In this document: piece after piece, positions 28,596-37,686 of the stretch
Numbering within the stretch: the first letter of the stretch is position 1
Layout: each line of letters opens with the position of its first letter
The notes under the pieces: model-generated
What the model saw: only the letters and a program-made list of their open reading frames with translations
The model's database searches: none
What the model was told of the DNA's origin: nothing
Source: Candidatus Thorarchaeota archaeon
GTDB taxonomy: Archaea; Asgardarchaeota; Thorarchaeia; Thorarchaeales; Thorarchaeaceae
NCBI GenBank assembly: GCA_048884965.1
Contig: JBHLQH010000011.1
Coordinates: forward strand, 1-64,000
Direction of reading: 5' to 3'
DNA length: 64,000 nucleotides
Position numbers and translations under genes: made by a program

Positions 28596-29762
28596 TCACT
28601 CTTTCTTTGTGCTTGCGAGTAGGTCCACGATGTCAAGTGTCATGATGTCACTATCGACAAGATCCAATCCTGACTTGAAGTTTGTTTCGCAGAAAGGACA
28701 CGCACTGACTAGGTACTTAGCTCCAGTTCTTGTTACAGCGGAGAGTCTATCAGCTGCAATCTTCTTGGACAATTCTGGGGCATAGGATCTCAGACCACCT
28801 CCCGCACCACAGCAAATCGCTGCGTCCCGATTTGGTGTCATTTCCACAAAGACTACACCAGGTATTGCCTTCAAGATTTCTCTAGGGGCTTCATAAATGT
28901 CCAGCTCTCTGCCGATATGACAAGGATCATGATATGTTACAATGACAGGTTCGCTATACCCTTTAATGTTCAATCTTCCTTCTTTTATCAACTTAGCAGC
29001 ATATTCAACGATATGTACTATCTCAGGAATCTCAATGTCAAACTTCTCTGAGAAATCGTTCTTCAGGGTCTTCATGCAGCCTGCACAGGAAACTACGATT
29101 CGCTCTGCTCCTGTACTCTCAATTATCTTAGCTACTTTTGATGCATTGGTTTCGGCATCATCATACTTACCAGTACGAAGAAGAACCGAACCACAGCATG
29201 GTTCGTTCTCCATCACAAAGAAGTTTTCTCCTGCTGCCTTGAGTATTCTTGCTGTATTCATGGCAATCTCTTGTGATCTAAGATCCGCCGTGCATCCAGC
29301 GAAGTAGAGGGTTCTTCCTGCTGAAGGCACCTCGAATTCGAGGTCTGCGGTCCATGCCCGTTTCATAGCGAGCTGCTCATTGTAAGGATTATCCATATTC
29401 TGAATCCCTTGGGCGATCCTATCCCTTGATTCGTTCGGGATGTCCTCTAGTACTGCTCTTACAGTTTCAAGAACATGAGCTGGGTGGAATTCAGCTCCAC
29501 AGATTTGAGTACAATTGCCGCATAAGGTGCACTGGTAGATAGCTTCTGCGTTCTCTGATGTCCTTTCCAGAGTGCCATCAAGTAGCGCGAGGGCGATCTG
29601 AATCTTCCCTCTCATGAAGCTTGGTTCGAAACCGCTCGTATTACGCCAAATGGGACATATACCGTCGAATCCTTTTGCCTCATACACAGCGTTCCTACAG
29701 ATCCCACACCTGCGGCATTGCAGCAGTTCCTCTCGCAAGTCTTCAAGATCAATATCTGTCAT
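28596..29762 (-). CDS. Fe-S oxidoreductase, GlcF/HdrD-like (two 4Fe-4S motifs plus two CCG domains)
   Basis: CRRCGIC, CTLCGNCTQIC, FAGC, CCG, YHDPCH, CCGAGGG, ACPFC. Confidence 0.9.
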   Translation of the reverse strand: MTDIDLEDLREELLQCRRCGICRNAVYEAKGFDGICPIWRNTSGFEPSFMRGKIQIALALLDGTLERTSENAEAIYQCTLCGNCTQICGAEFHPAHVLETVRAVLEDIPNESRDRIAQGIQNMDNPYNEQLAMKRAWTADLEFEVPSAGRTLYFAGCTADLRSQEIAMNTARILKAAGENFFVMENEPCCGSVLLRTGKYDDAETNASKVAKIIESTGAERIVVSCAGCMKTLKNDFSEKFDIEIPEIVHIVEYAAKLIKEGRLNIKGYSEPVIVTYHDPCHIGRELDIYEAPREILKAIPGVVFVEMTPNRDAAICCGAGGGLRSYAPELSKKIAADRLSAVTRTGAKYLVSACPFCETNFKSGLDLVDSDIMTLDIVDLLASTKKE

Positions 29763-29763
29763 C

Positions 29764-31170
29764 TTAGATTCCTCCAAGCACTCCCTTGTTCATGATATCA
29801 TTAGGGTCGATTGCGTTCTTTAGTTTCTCAAGTAATGCCATGTAGGTTTCAGTTCCATCCATTTTGTCTTTCCAGAAAGGCGCGAGCTTGAATGGTACAG
29901 CACCAGTCTTGAATAACGTTACTGCAAGCTCATCATGAGCATCGACTATTTTCCGCTCGTCTTCAGAATCGACTGGATCGAAATAGAGGTGCGGATACAT
30001 GTTCGTGGAACTATGATCCGTGAGGAAACCTGCTGTGTGTCCAAGAAATCCATACTTATCCATCACCTTTGATATCTCTTCCACAGACCTATGGGAATTC
30101 ATTGGGGTTTGGTGATGATAGAGCGTCCGCCAGTGCCATCCATGAGCATAACAGGCTCTTACGAATGTCCAGAGCCTCCCATCCCATTCTCCTTTCGGAA
30201 GCTCTTCGATACCAAGTATCTTCCCACCCAGCTCTTCACACAATTCATTGGCCTTTACTGCATCACTCTGCATCATGTCCTCTCTAGTTCTGCCAATGGT
30301 CATAGAAACAGTCCGATGTGGCCACTCCATTGGTGGTATTCCATACTCGTCACCAAGCATTTCCATGAATAGCTCAAGAACTGGACCCTCGTAGATTGAA
30401 GCGAAAACAGCATTGACATCCCAGTTCTTTAACTCGATAAGGAACCTTTCAGCAGCTTCATGAGTTTCGAATCCATAGGTATTGTAGTAGAAATACTCCA
30501 TCCGTTTGAATACTTTAAGAGATACACTTGTTATCACACCAAGAGACCCTAGTGAACCGATGAATAATCCTGTGAGGTCGACACCAAATGCGTATCGAAG
30601 GAAAGGTCCTGGAGCATATGGGCTTGCCTCGGTACCAGTTTGAATTACTTCAGAGATTGGAAGCACAACTTCAAGACCTAGAATCAGGTCTCCTGTGCAA
30701 CCAAAAAGGCTTGACCCTGGTCCTGCTCCATTCACTGCTGTATTCCCTGCAATAGTACATCCAAGTGCAGACTCAGGTGTTACTGGAACCCAGAGGCCAT
30801 GTTGACTAAGGAACTTGTCTAATTCTCCATATGTAACACCTGCCCCGACCCTAACACTGCGTAGGTCTTCAAATAATGTTATTTCATTGAACCGCAACAT
30901 CTCTATTACTAAGCCATCTGGGTGCGGAATGACTTCTCCTTGAAGACTCGTCCCCCCCGATCGTACTGTCACATTGATCTTGTAGGCATTGGCGATTCTT
31001 AGAATCTCTTTGACTTCGTCAACATTCTTTGGTCTGATGACTGCTCCTGGTTTGATTGGCATCTTTGCCATAGAAGCTGATGATGCGTAAGTTAGTAAGA
31101 CATCCTCTCTTGTGGAAATGTTCTCTATCCCCACGATTGTGGTAAGCTTGTCGACAATGTCCGAGTTCAC
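29764..31170 (-). CDS. FAD-linked oxidoreductase (GlcD/VAO/PCMH superfamily)
   Basis: RSGGTSLQG, GLEVVLP, DLTGLFIGSLGSLGVIT, IDPNDIMNKG. Confidence 0.88.
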   Translation of the reverse strand: MNSDIVDKLTTIVGIENISTREDVLLTYASSASMAKMPIKPGAVIRPKNVDEVKEILRIANAYKINVTVRSGGTSLQGEVIPHPDGLVIEMLRFNEITLFEDLRSVRVGAGVTYGELDKFLSQHGLWVPVTPESALGCTIAGNTAVNGAGPGSSLFGCTGDLILGLEVVLPISEVIQTGTEASPYAPGPFLRYAFGVDLTGLFIGSLGSLGVITSVSLKVFKRMEYFYYNTYGFETHEAAERFLIELKNWDVNAVFASIYEGPVLELFMEMLGDEYGIPPMEWPHRTVSMTIGRTREDMMQSDAVKANELCEELGGKILGIEELPKGEWDGRLWTFVRACYAHGWHWRTLYHHQTPMNSHRSVEEISKVMDKYGFLGHTAGFLTDHSSTNMYPHLYFDPVDSEDERKIVDAHDELAVTLFKTGAVPFKLAPFWKDKMDGTETYMALLEKLKNAIDPNDIMNKGVLGGI

Positions 31171-31181
31171 GAAGCCACCCC

Positions 31182-32588
31182 CTATATACCTCCAAGAACT
31201 CCCGGGTTCATGATGCCATTCGGGTCTATCGTTCTCTTCAGAGTCCTAACGAACTCTAAGTACTGCTCCATTTCTGACACGCCTTGTACCCAGTATGGCG
31301 CTAGCTTGAATGGGACTGCACCTGTCTTGAAGAGTCGTTGAGAGAGCTCCCTATGAGCTTCTCTTACTCGCTGCTCCTCTTCCTCATCCTCTGGATCAAA
31401 GTACAGCTGGGGGTAGTAGTTGTAACTTGAATTCCCAGTCAAGAAACCCGCAGTGTGTCCAAGAATGCCATACTTGTCCATGACTTCCCATATCTCTTCT
31501 ATTGTACGATGCCAGTTTGAAGGTGTCTGATGATGATACAACATCATCCACCACCAGCCATGAACGTATGAGGAGCGTGCGAATGTCCACATCCTATCCT
31601 CCCATTCTCCTTCGGGAAGCTCCTTCACACCTATGACCATTCCACCAAGATCTGAACAGATTCTACCTGCCTGTGCGATGTCGGAGGTTAGTTGGTCCTC
31701 CCGTACTCTACCTATTGTCGCCGAAACCGTAAACGGAGGCCACTCTGTTTGGGGCACTCCATATTCTTCTCCGAGCATATCCAAGAAGAATTCCAAGATT
31801 CGTCCCTCATAGATGGCAGCCATGATCAAATTCACATCATTGTGTCGTGATTCTAGTAGGAATTTCTCAGCTGATGCTGCGTCCTCAAATCCATATGTTT
31901 CGTAATGAAAATGCCTCATTCGCTTGAAGGTCTTGATTGATACTGATGTGATGATACCTAATCCCCCGAGGGCTCCAATGAAAAGACCTGAGATGTCTGG
32001 GCCAAATGCATATCGCAAGAAGGGTCCTGGTGAATTAGGGTTCGCCTCTGAACCGGTTTGAATGATCTCTCCCGTAGGGAGAACGACTTCTAGTCCTAGC
32101 ACGAGATCTCCCATACAACCATGAACTCCAGAGCCTGGTCCTGCTCCGTTGACAGATACGTTTCCTGCAACGGTGCAGACCAGTGAGGAATCTGGATAGA
32201 TAGGGACCCAAAGACCCTTTCCATTCAGATATTTATCTAGCATGCCGTAAGTAACGCCAGCGCCGACTCGTACTGATCTAAGGTCCTCAAAAAGCGTGAT
32301 ATCTGTGAACCTGAGCATGTCAATTACTATTCCCCCTTCTTTCGGTATCACCTCACCTTGGAGTGAGGACCCTCCCGATCTTGGTGTAATAGGTATACCG
32401 AATTCATTTGCGAGTTTGAGAATTGCACTAACTTCTTCTCTATTGCTTGGCCGAATAACCAAGGCAGGTATCACCCTATCATATCCAGTTGAAGCTGAAG
32501 CAGAGTATGTTAGAAGTACATCATTACGAGTGGACACATATTCCTTTCCAACAATTGCTTCTAGCTTTTGGATTACTGATTGATCCAC
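31182..32588 (-). CDS. FAD-linked oxidoreductase, paralog of the downstream gene
   Basis: PRSGGSSLQG, GLEVVLPTGE, GPDISGLFIG, IDPNGIMNPG. Confidence 0.88.
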   Translation of the reverse strand: MDQSVIQKLEAIVGKEYVSTRNDVLLTYSASASTGYDRVIPALVIRPSNREEVSAILKLANEFGIPITPRSGGSSLQGEVIPKEGGIVIDMLRFTDITLFEDLRSVRVGAGVTYGMLDKYLNGKGLWVPIYPDSSLVCTVAGNVSVNGAGPGSGVHGCMGDLVLGLEVVLPTGEIIQTGSEANPNSPGPFLRYAFGPDISGLFIGALGGLGIITSVSIKTFKRMRHFHYETYGFEDAASAEKFLLESRHNDVNLIMAAIYEGRILEFFLDMLGEEYGVPQTEWPPFTVSATIGRVREDQLTSDIAQAGRICSDLGGMVIGVKELPEGEWEDRMWTFARSSYVHGWWWMMLYHHQTPSNWHRTIEEIWEVMDKYGILGHTAGFLTGNSSYNYYPQLYFDPEDEEEEQRVREAHRELSQRLFKTGAVPFKLAPYWVQGVSEMEQYLEFVRTLKRTIDPNGIMNPGVLGGI

Positions 32589-32612
32589 TCAACGACCTCC
32601 AGGTCAATGTAC

Positions 32613-32942
32613 CTAGAATATGTGGCGGATTTTCATCAAATCGCTTGCAGAGCCTTTAACTTTGAGCTTTCTTTTTAACAATGCAGATGCAGCGTTCATC
32701 TCTTCAAGGAACAACTTCCTGATTGTATCCTCATCACTTTGTATTCTCATGTCTGGCTCATCAATGCTTCCCTCATGTACAGTGATGTTGTTATCCTTTA
32801 CAATGAAATGGTATTCTCCGCCTTCTTTCAAAGATAAAAGAGCAGTTCTTTCCCAGCCATCGATTGCTTCCATGGTCTTCTCTCGTTCCAGCCCAATAGC
32901 AATCCTTTCTCTCATGAGCTCGAGCAGTGGTTGTTCACTCAT
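32613..32942 (-). CDS. SCP2 (sterol carrier-like) lipid-binding domain protein
   Basis: V.EG....PD..I......L.....NAASAL..RKLKVKGS..DLMK. Confidence 0.8.
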   Translation of the reverse strand: MSEQPLLELMRERIAIGLEREKTMEAIDGWERTALLSLKEGGEYHFIVKDNNITVHEGSIDEPDMRIQSDEDTIRKLFLEEMNAASALLKRKLKVKGSASDLMKIRHIF

Positions 32943-33040
32943 TAGATATCACCTGAACGGGGAAGAGCCTTTCTTCTCCCATTTAGACGTTTCCTTTTCT
33001 CTAGAGCTTCCATCGACTTTTGTCGATGTGAGTATTTCAT
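32942..33040 (-). CDS. Putative basic leader peptide (32 aa, MKYSHRQKSMEALEKRKRLNGRRKALPRSGDI)
   Basis: ATG about 25 nt from a TATA-like element; the stop overlaps the SCP2 start (TAATG). Confidence 0.35.
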   Translation of the reverse strand: MKYSHRQKSMEALEKRKRLNGRRKALPRSGDI

Positions 33041-33092
33041 TATCCTACCGAGTAATACACATCTCTTTATCCCAGTGTTCACTGACAATTCC

Positions 33093-33186
33093 ATGGACAG
33101 AGGCAAAACAGCACCTTATTTCTAATAACCCCAAAACTCAACACAAACACCCCCTTCCGAGAATGCTGTTTTGCCTGCTGCTCCGT
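33093..33186 (+). ncRNA. Candidate small RNA: long terminal stem with 50-nt A/C-rich loop
   Basis: Perfect 13-bp IR AGGCAAAACAGCA/TGCTGTTTTGCCT, extendable to about 21 bp with two bulges; TATA-like TTTATC at 33065-33070. Confidence 0.4.
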
Positions 33187-33199
33187 ACCATCGTTTATT

Positions 33200-33239
33200 C
33201 AAAAAATAAGCAGGACCTTGGTTCTATTTCGAACCAAGG
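33200..33239 (-). terminator. Hairpin plus T-tract after rubrerythrin
   Basis: CCTTGGTTC-N6-GAACCAAGG, followed on the minus strand by TTATTTTTT. Confidence 0.7.
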
Positions 33240-33255
33240 CACTTCTATTACATGC

Positions 33256-33843
33256 TTAGTATTCTCTGAAGTGAAGCATGAAGTAGCCTTTCTCATGCTG
33301 ACATGCAGGGCACTTTTCGGGTGGATGTTCACCATCGTGAATATAGCCACAATTATCACAGCGCCACTGAACCTTTTCGGTCTTCTTGAATATGGAACCA
33401 TCCGCTATAGCATCCGCTAGTGCAAGATAGCGTTCGTGATGCCAAGATTCCGCATGAGCGATGGATTTCCAAGCATGAGCTATTTTGGTAAAGCCTTCCT
33501 CTTCAGCAATTTTAGCATACCCTGGATACATTTCCGTATATTCAAATTTCTCTCCAGCTGCAGCATGTCTGAGTATGTCCTCGGTACTCTCATATGCCCC
33601 AGACGTGGGGAAGTCCCATTCAACCTTGATGGTTTCGGTTGCTCCACCTTCCTTTAAGAGCTTGAAGAATCTCTTTGCATGCTCCAATTCATGTCCTGCA
33701 GTTTCTAGAAAAATAGCAGATATGTGGGCATATCCTTCATTCTTAGCTGTCTTGGCAGCCATTGTATATCTGTTTCTTGCCTGAGATTCGCCGGCAAAAG
33801 AAGTCAAGAGATTTTTTTCGGTTTTTGATCCTCTCAAATCCAT
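33256..33843 (-). CDS. rbr: Rubrerythrin
   Basis: KTEKNLLTSFAGESQARNRY, ELEHA, GEKFEY..MY, ESWH, WRCDNCGY..CPAC. Confidence 0.95.
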   Translation of the reverse strand: MDLRGSKTEKNLLTSFAGESQARNRYTMAAKTAKNEGYAHISAIFLETAGHELEHAKRFFKLLKEGGATETIKVEWDFPTSGAYESTEDILRHAAAGEKFEYTEMYPGYAKIAEEEGFTKIAHAWKSIAHAESWHHERYLALADAIADGSIFKKTEKVQWRCDNCGYIHDGEHPPEKCPACQHEKGYFMLHFREY

Positions 33844-34043
33844 TGTGTATTTCTCCTTTGTAATGAGTTGTATACACAAACACCTCATCACAATTTACCA
33901 TAGGAATCGGCTCTTTGCTATTAAAGGATACGACATGGTAGTATTTTTTTGATAAGACAATTCAAATAGAGCCCTTGACCAATACAGTCTGTTACAGAAT
34001 GGATTGATGGTACTACACTCTCTGATGTAGGAAGTGGGAAAAG

Positions 34044-35117
34044 ATGGTTCGTATCGCTCATATATCCGATTCACATCTTGGTTCTTCTCTCTTTCAGCTA
34101 ATCGAACGCAGAGAGGATGCTCGTATTTGTCTAAAGAAAGCAATTGAGATGGCACTCAGGAAATCTCCTGATATCCTTGTTCATACAGGAGATGTCTTCC
34201 ATAGTCCTACACCACACCCTGAGGATACCAACTTTGTCGTGAATCTCTTGAAAGGCATTTCTGAAACGAAGGTCATTGTCCTTCATGGCAACCATGATGT
34301 TCCCTACGGGTACAGATACATGCACAGCCCTATCTGGATGCTTGAGAATGCTGGCTTTTTAGTTTCGACAGGTGAGAAGGACCATAACGTTCTTAGACAC
34401 GAAGTTGATGGCAAAGTGATAGACATTCACCTTGTTTCATGGACACGACCACTAACCTTTCGAAAATATATACGCGATTTTTCCCCGTCTTCTGATGCTG
34501 CTGTGCTCTTCTCACATTTTCTCCCGATTGATCATGATGAGATTCCCTCTCACTACGATTATGTGGGACATGGGCATTCGCACAATTTTCGTCTTGATGA
34601 GGACTCATCTATCGGTTGTCCGGGGGCTACTTGTATTGTAGATTGGAAAAAGGAAATTGGCGGAAAGAGCAAGCTCATTGTAGTCGATATTGACAGCGAA
34701 GGCGTTGAATTTGAAACCGAGACTTTGAATGATGTTAGAGAGTTCAAGTTTCACCCAGGACTTGATATTTCAGGTATGGGCGCATCGGATGCAAATGATG
34801 CTATCAAGGATTGGTTAGCTAAGTTGTCCCCGAAGAAGAAAGGAAAGCCAATAATCATTATGAATGTGAATGGCCTTGTCACACCCGAAACCGAGAATGG
34901 TATCAATAGAGGCGAATTAATTGATTTCGGAGAAAGTACGCTCAATCCATTGTTCCTGCATATTGAACCGAATTGGCAAGTTGTGGGTCCTCCCGAGGTT
35001 ACCTTGAGTGAGCCCCTGAATATTGAGCTTTCTCTAGAAGAATATTTGAAGCAGTCTATGAAGGTTGATTCCGAGCAAGTTCTTGGAGAGCTGAAGAAGA
35101 TCAAGGGAGGGAAATGA
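34044..35117 (+). CDS. mre11: Mre11/SbcD-family nuclease
   Basis: HISDSHLG, TGDVFH, GNHD, GHSH; coupled to an SMC-like ATPase. Confidence 0.82.
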   Translation: MVRIAHISDSHLGSSLFQLIERREDARICLKKAIEMALRKSPDILVHTGDVFHSPTPHPEDTNFVVNLLKGISETKVIVLHGNHDVPYGYRYMHSPIWMLENAGFLVSTGEKDHNVLRHEVDGKVIDIHLVSWTRPLTFRKYIRDFSPSSDAAVLFSHFLPIDHDEIPSHYDYVGHGHSHNFRLDEDSSIGCPGATCIVDWKKEIGGKSKLIVVDIDSEGVEFETETLNDVREFKFHPGLDISGMGASDANDAIKDWLAKLSPKKKGKPIIIMNVNGLVTPETENGINRGELIDFGESTLNPLFLHIEPNWQVVGPPEVTLSEPLNIELSLEEYLKQSMKVDSEQVLGELKKIKGGK

Positions 35118-36409
35118 CGATACTAAACACTCTTCATTTAACAGATTTCAAAGTCTTCAGTGATATTGAGATACAATTTAGTCCAGGCATCACGGCAATT
35201 GTTGGACCAAATGGCTCAGGAAAAACTGCAATTCTAGAAGCTATTGAGTTTGCATTATTTCGCCATGTGACTCGTAAAGAGAAGAAAGTTCCGCAAGTTG
35301 AAGATTTCATTAGACACAGTCGCAAACGGGCGATTGTGGAACTTGAATTCAAAGCTCCAATTAACAGAAGATCGTATAGAGTTATCAGATCAATTCACCC
35401 TGGAAAGACAAATGCAGATTTGTATGAGGAGAATGGAAGAGAGCCTATAGCATCTGGTCCATCAACTGTTGATGATGAGATTGTGCGGCTGGTCGGAATG
35501 GATAGACATGCATTTTCTACCTTGACCTATGTTCGCCAAGGAGAAATCGATCGATTATCCCGACTAACTCCGAAAAGTCGACGTAGTGATCTCTACAGCA
35601 TGATGGGACTTGGCATCTATGATAAGACGGGAGAGCGAGTACAAAAAAGAATTCGTGATCTCAAGAAGCAAATCTCCTCAATTAATGAAACTAGAGCAAA
35701 GTTTGAATCGATCAGGCACCATTTGCCTACCAATGAAGAGGTGTTGGCATCTATTGATTCCTTAAAGCGACTTGAGGAATCCCTTGGTACGAGTGATGAT
35801 TTAGTCCAAATCAGATTGGTGATTGAAAAAGTCGATGCTTCACTATCTGAGGTTATTGATCATCTTAACTCACCAGAAATGAATGAAGAGTTTGAAGAAA
35901 TCAAACAGGAATCTGAAACTGCAGAATATCTGAAGCAGGTTTTAGAAGTCATTCCTGGAATTGCTGAGAGTCAGTTGAAACCTCACATTAGAGCTGAGGC
36001 TAGAGAAATATTTTGCAGTATTTTTGGGGACCGATATAGTGATCTTCTCATTGACGATGATTACGAGGTCGCATTATATGATCTCAGAGGAAATCGAATC
36101 AGTCTAAGTGCTGCCTCAGGTGGCGAGGATGTATGCGTGAACTTCGCGCTACGAGTTGCGGTGAATACTGCCCTACAGAAGTACTCGAAGACTGGACCTC
36201 CTCCCGGTTTGATAATACTAGATGAACCCGGAGCAGGTCTTGATACACAGCGAAGGATGTGGCTACCTACTGCTATTGCCGGTTTGAGTTCTGTTGATCA
36301 AGTACTAGTAGTAACTCATATGGAGGAACTTCGAGAATCCGCTGAACGAATAATTTCATTGACTCCTCAAGGAAAAGGTCGTCAACCTATCATTGAAACA
36401 ATCGATTAG
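35114..36409 (+). CDS. rad50: Short Rad50/SbcC-like SMC ATPase (431 aa, no Zn hook)
   Basis: GPNGSGKT, VRQGEI Q-loop, ASGGE, IILDEP, VVTH. Confidence 0.78.
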   Translation: MTILNTLHLTDFKVFSDIEIQFSPGITAIVGPNGSGKTAILEAIEFALFRHVTRKEKKVPQVEDFIRHSRKRAIVELEFKAPINRRSYRVIRSIHPGKTNADLYEENGREPIASGPSTVDDEIVRLVGMDRHAFSTLTYVRQGEIDRLSRLTPKSRRSDLYSMMGLGIYDKTGERVQKRIRDLKKQISSINETRAKFESIRHHLPTNEEVLASIDSLKRLEESLGTSDDLVQIRLVIEKVDASLSEVIDHLNSPEMNEEFEEIKQESETAEYLKQVLEVIPGIAESQLKPHIRAEAREIFCSIFGDRYSDLLIDDDYEVALYDLRGNRISLSAASGGEDVCVNFALRVAVNTALQKYSKTGPPPGLIILDEPGAGLDTQRRMWLPTAIAGLSSVDQVLVVTHMEELRESAERIISLTPQGKGRQPIIETID

Positions 36410-37599
36410 ACTTCAAAGATTTCCTTTCTTTGATCGGAAACATCAATGCCATCGCGAATGAGCTTTCTGAGCTTCATTGCTACTTTCCGATTTCCTAACG
36501 CTATGCCTCCAACAACCACATGATCTTTCATGACAGCTTTGTAGTAGGTGCCCTCCTCATGGTCTGCCATCACTATCGATTCATATTCTACTGATTGTGG
36601 ATTAATTATTCCAACCGATGTTAAATCGATACCAGCTACTTGTAGAGTATTGCTTGGGATTGTTCCCCCATACTCTGCACTACCCAGTTCAAGCATGTTG
36701 GCAGCAGCGACCTTTGCAGTATCCATAGCAACTGGGATTATGCCCCAGCAGATTCCTTTCCACTCGGTGCAATCTCCTGCAGCAAACACGTTAGGTTCAG
36801 AAGTCTGCATGTACTCATTTACAAGAACTCCCCTCCCTTTGCCTATCTCAAGGCCTGCACTCTTGGCAATGGCAGTATTAGGACGAATGCCTGTAGCGAC
36901 AACCACCAAATCCCCTTTTACCTTATCACCGTCTCCTGACATGACTCCTGTGGTAACTTCATGACCAAGAACCTGTGAGCAAGAAAAGCCAAGCAGAACT
37001 GAGATGCCCATTCCCTGTAGTCGCTCCATTAGTATCTGACTTGCACCTTGATCGAGCTGGGTTGGAAGTAATGTCCCAATATTTGAAATGACGATTGGTT
37101 CTCCGCCTGCTTTCCTAATGGCTGCAGCTAGCTCAATGCCAAGTATTCCCCCACCTACAATGATTTCTCTTCCCGACCCCTTTGTGGCTTCCTTAATGGA
37201 TATTGCATCAGTCAATGTTCTAAGAGTGTAAACATTCCCTTTCTCTGTTCCATGAATCGGGGGCACGAATGGATTGCTGCCAACTGCTAGAAGGATCGAA
37301 TCATACCCGAAGTATGTGTCATTCTTAGTGAGTACGCTTCCAGATTTCGGAATGATATCAAGTACTGGTTCTGAAAGTCGAAGGTTGACATTCTGTTTAG
37401 CATACCAAGATGCATCATATTGAATGACATCATCCTTCTCAATATCTCCTCGAATGAAATCTATGAGTTTTGGTCGTGGATAGTAATGAACTCCTTCCTC
37501 GGAAAAAACATCTATTGTAAGATTGGTATCTGCATTCCTGAATTCTCGAACCGCTGTCACAGCAGACACTCCATTACCAATGATCGCGACCTTCTTCAT
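36406..37599 (-). CDS. FAD-dependent pyridine nucleotide oxidoreductase (NADH:rubredoxin oxidoreductase/NirB-like)
   Basis: IIGNG, YYPRPKL, VGGGILGIE, GIRPN, TSEPNVFAAGD. Confidence 0.87.
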   Translation of the reverse strand: MKKVAIIGNGVSAVTAVREFRNADTNLTIDVFSEEGVHYYPRPKLIDFIRGDIEKDDVIQYDASWYAKQNVNLRLSEPVLDIIPKSGSVLTKNDTYFGYDSILLAVGSNPFVPPIHGTEKGNVYTLRTLTDAISIKEATKGSGREIIVGGGILGIELAAAIRKAGGEPIVISNIGTLLPTQLDQGASQILMERLQGMGISVLLGFSCSQVLGHEVTTGVMSGDGDKVKGDLVVVATGIRPNTAIAKSAGLEIGKGRGVLVNEYMQTSEPNVFAAGDCTEWKGICWGIIPVAMDTAKVAAANMLELGSAEYGGTIPSNTLQVAGIDLTSVGIINPQSVEYESIVMADHEEGTYYKAVMKDHVVVGGIALGNRKVAMKLRKLIRDGIDVSDQRKEIFEV

Positions 37600-37686
37600 G
37601 AGCAAGCACTACCTATGACCTTCCTCGAAGGGTAAACATTCTTGAAGGTATCGCCTTAGTACAATATTGCTGGGTGCGTCCGTTTT

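Noticed and set aside
33128-33138. AACCCCAAAAC resembles a ciliate telomerase RNA template
   Set aside because: Short low-complexity match, no reverse transcriptase in the window, and no other telomerase RNA elements; best treated as chance.
32620-33420. Long + strand ORF (266 aa) and other antisense ORFs (e.g. 218-601, 6670-7308, 57427-58242)
   Set aside because: Shadow frames opposite well-supported genes, with no recognisable motifs.
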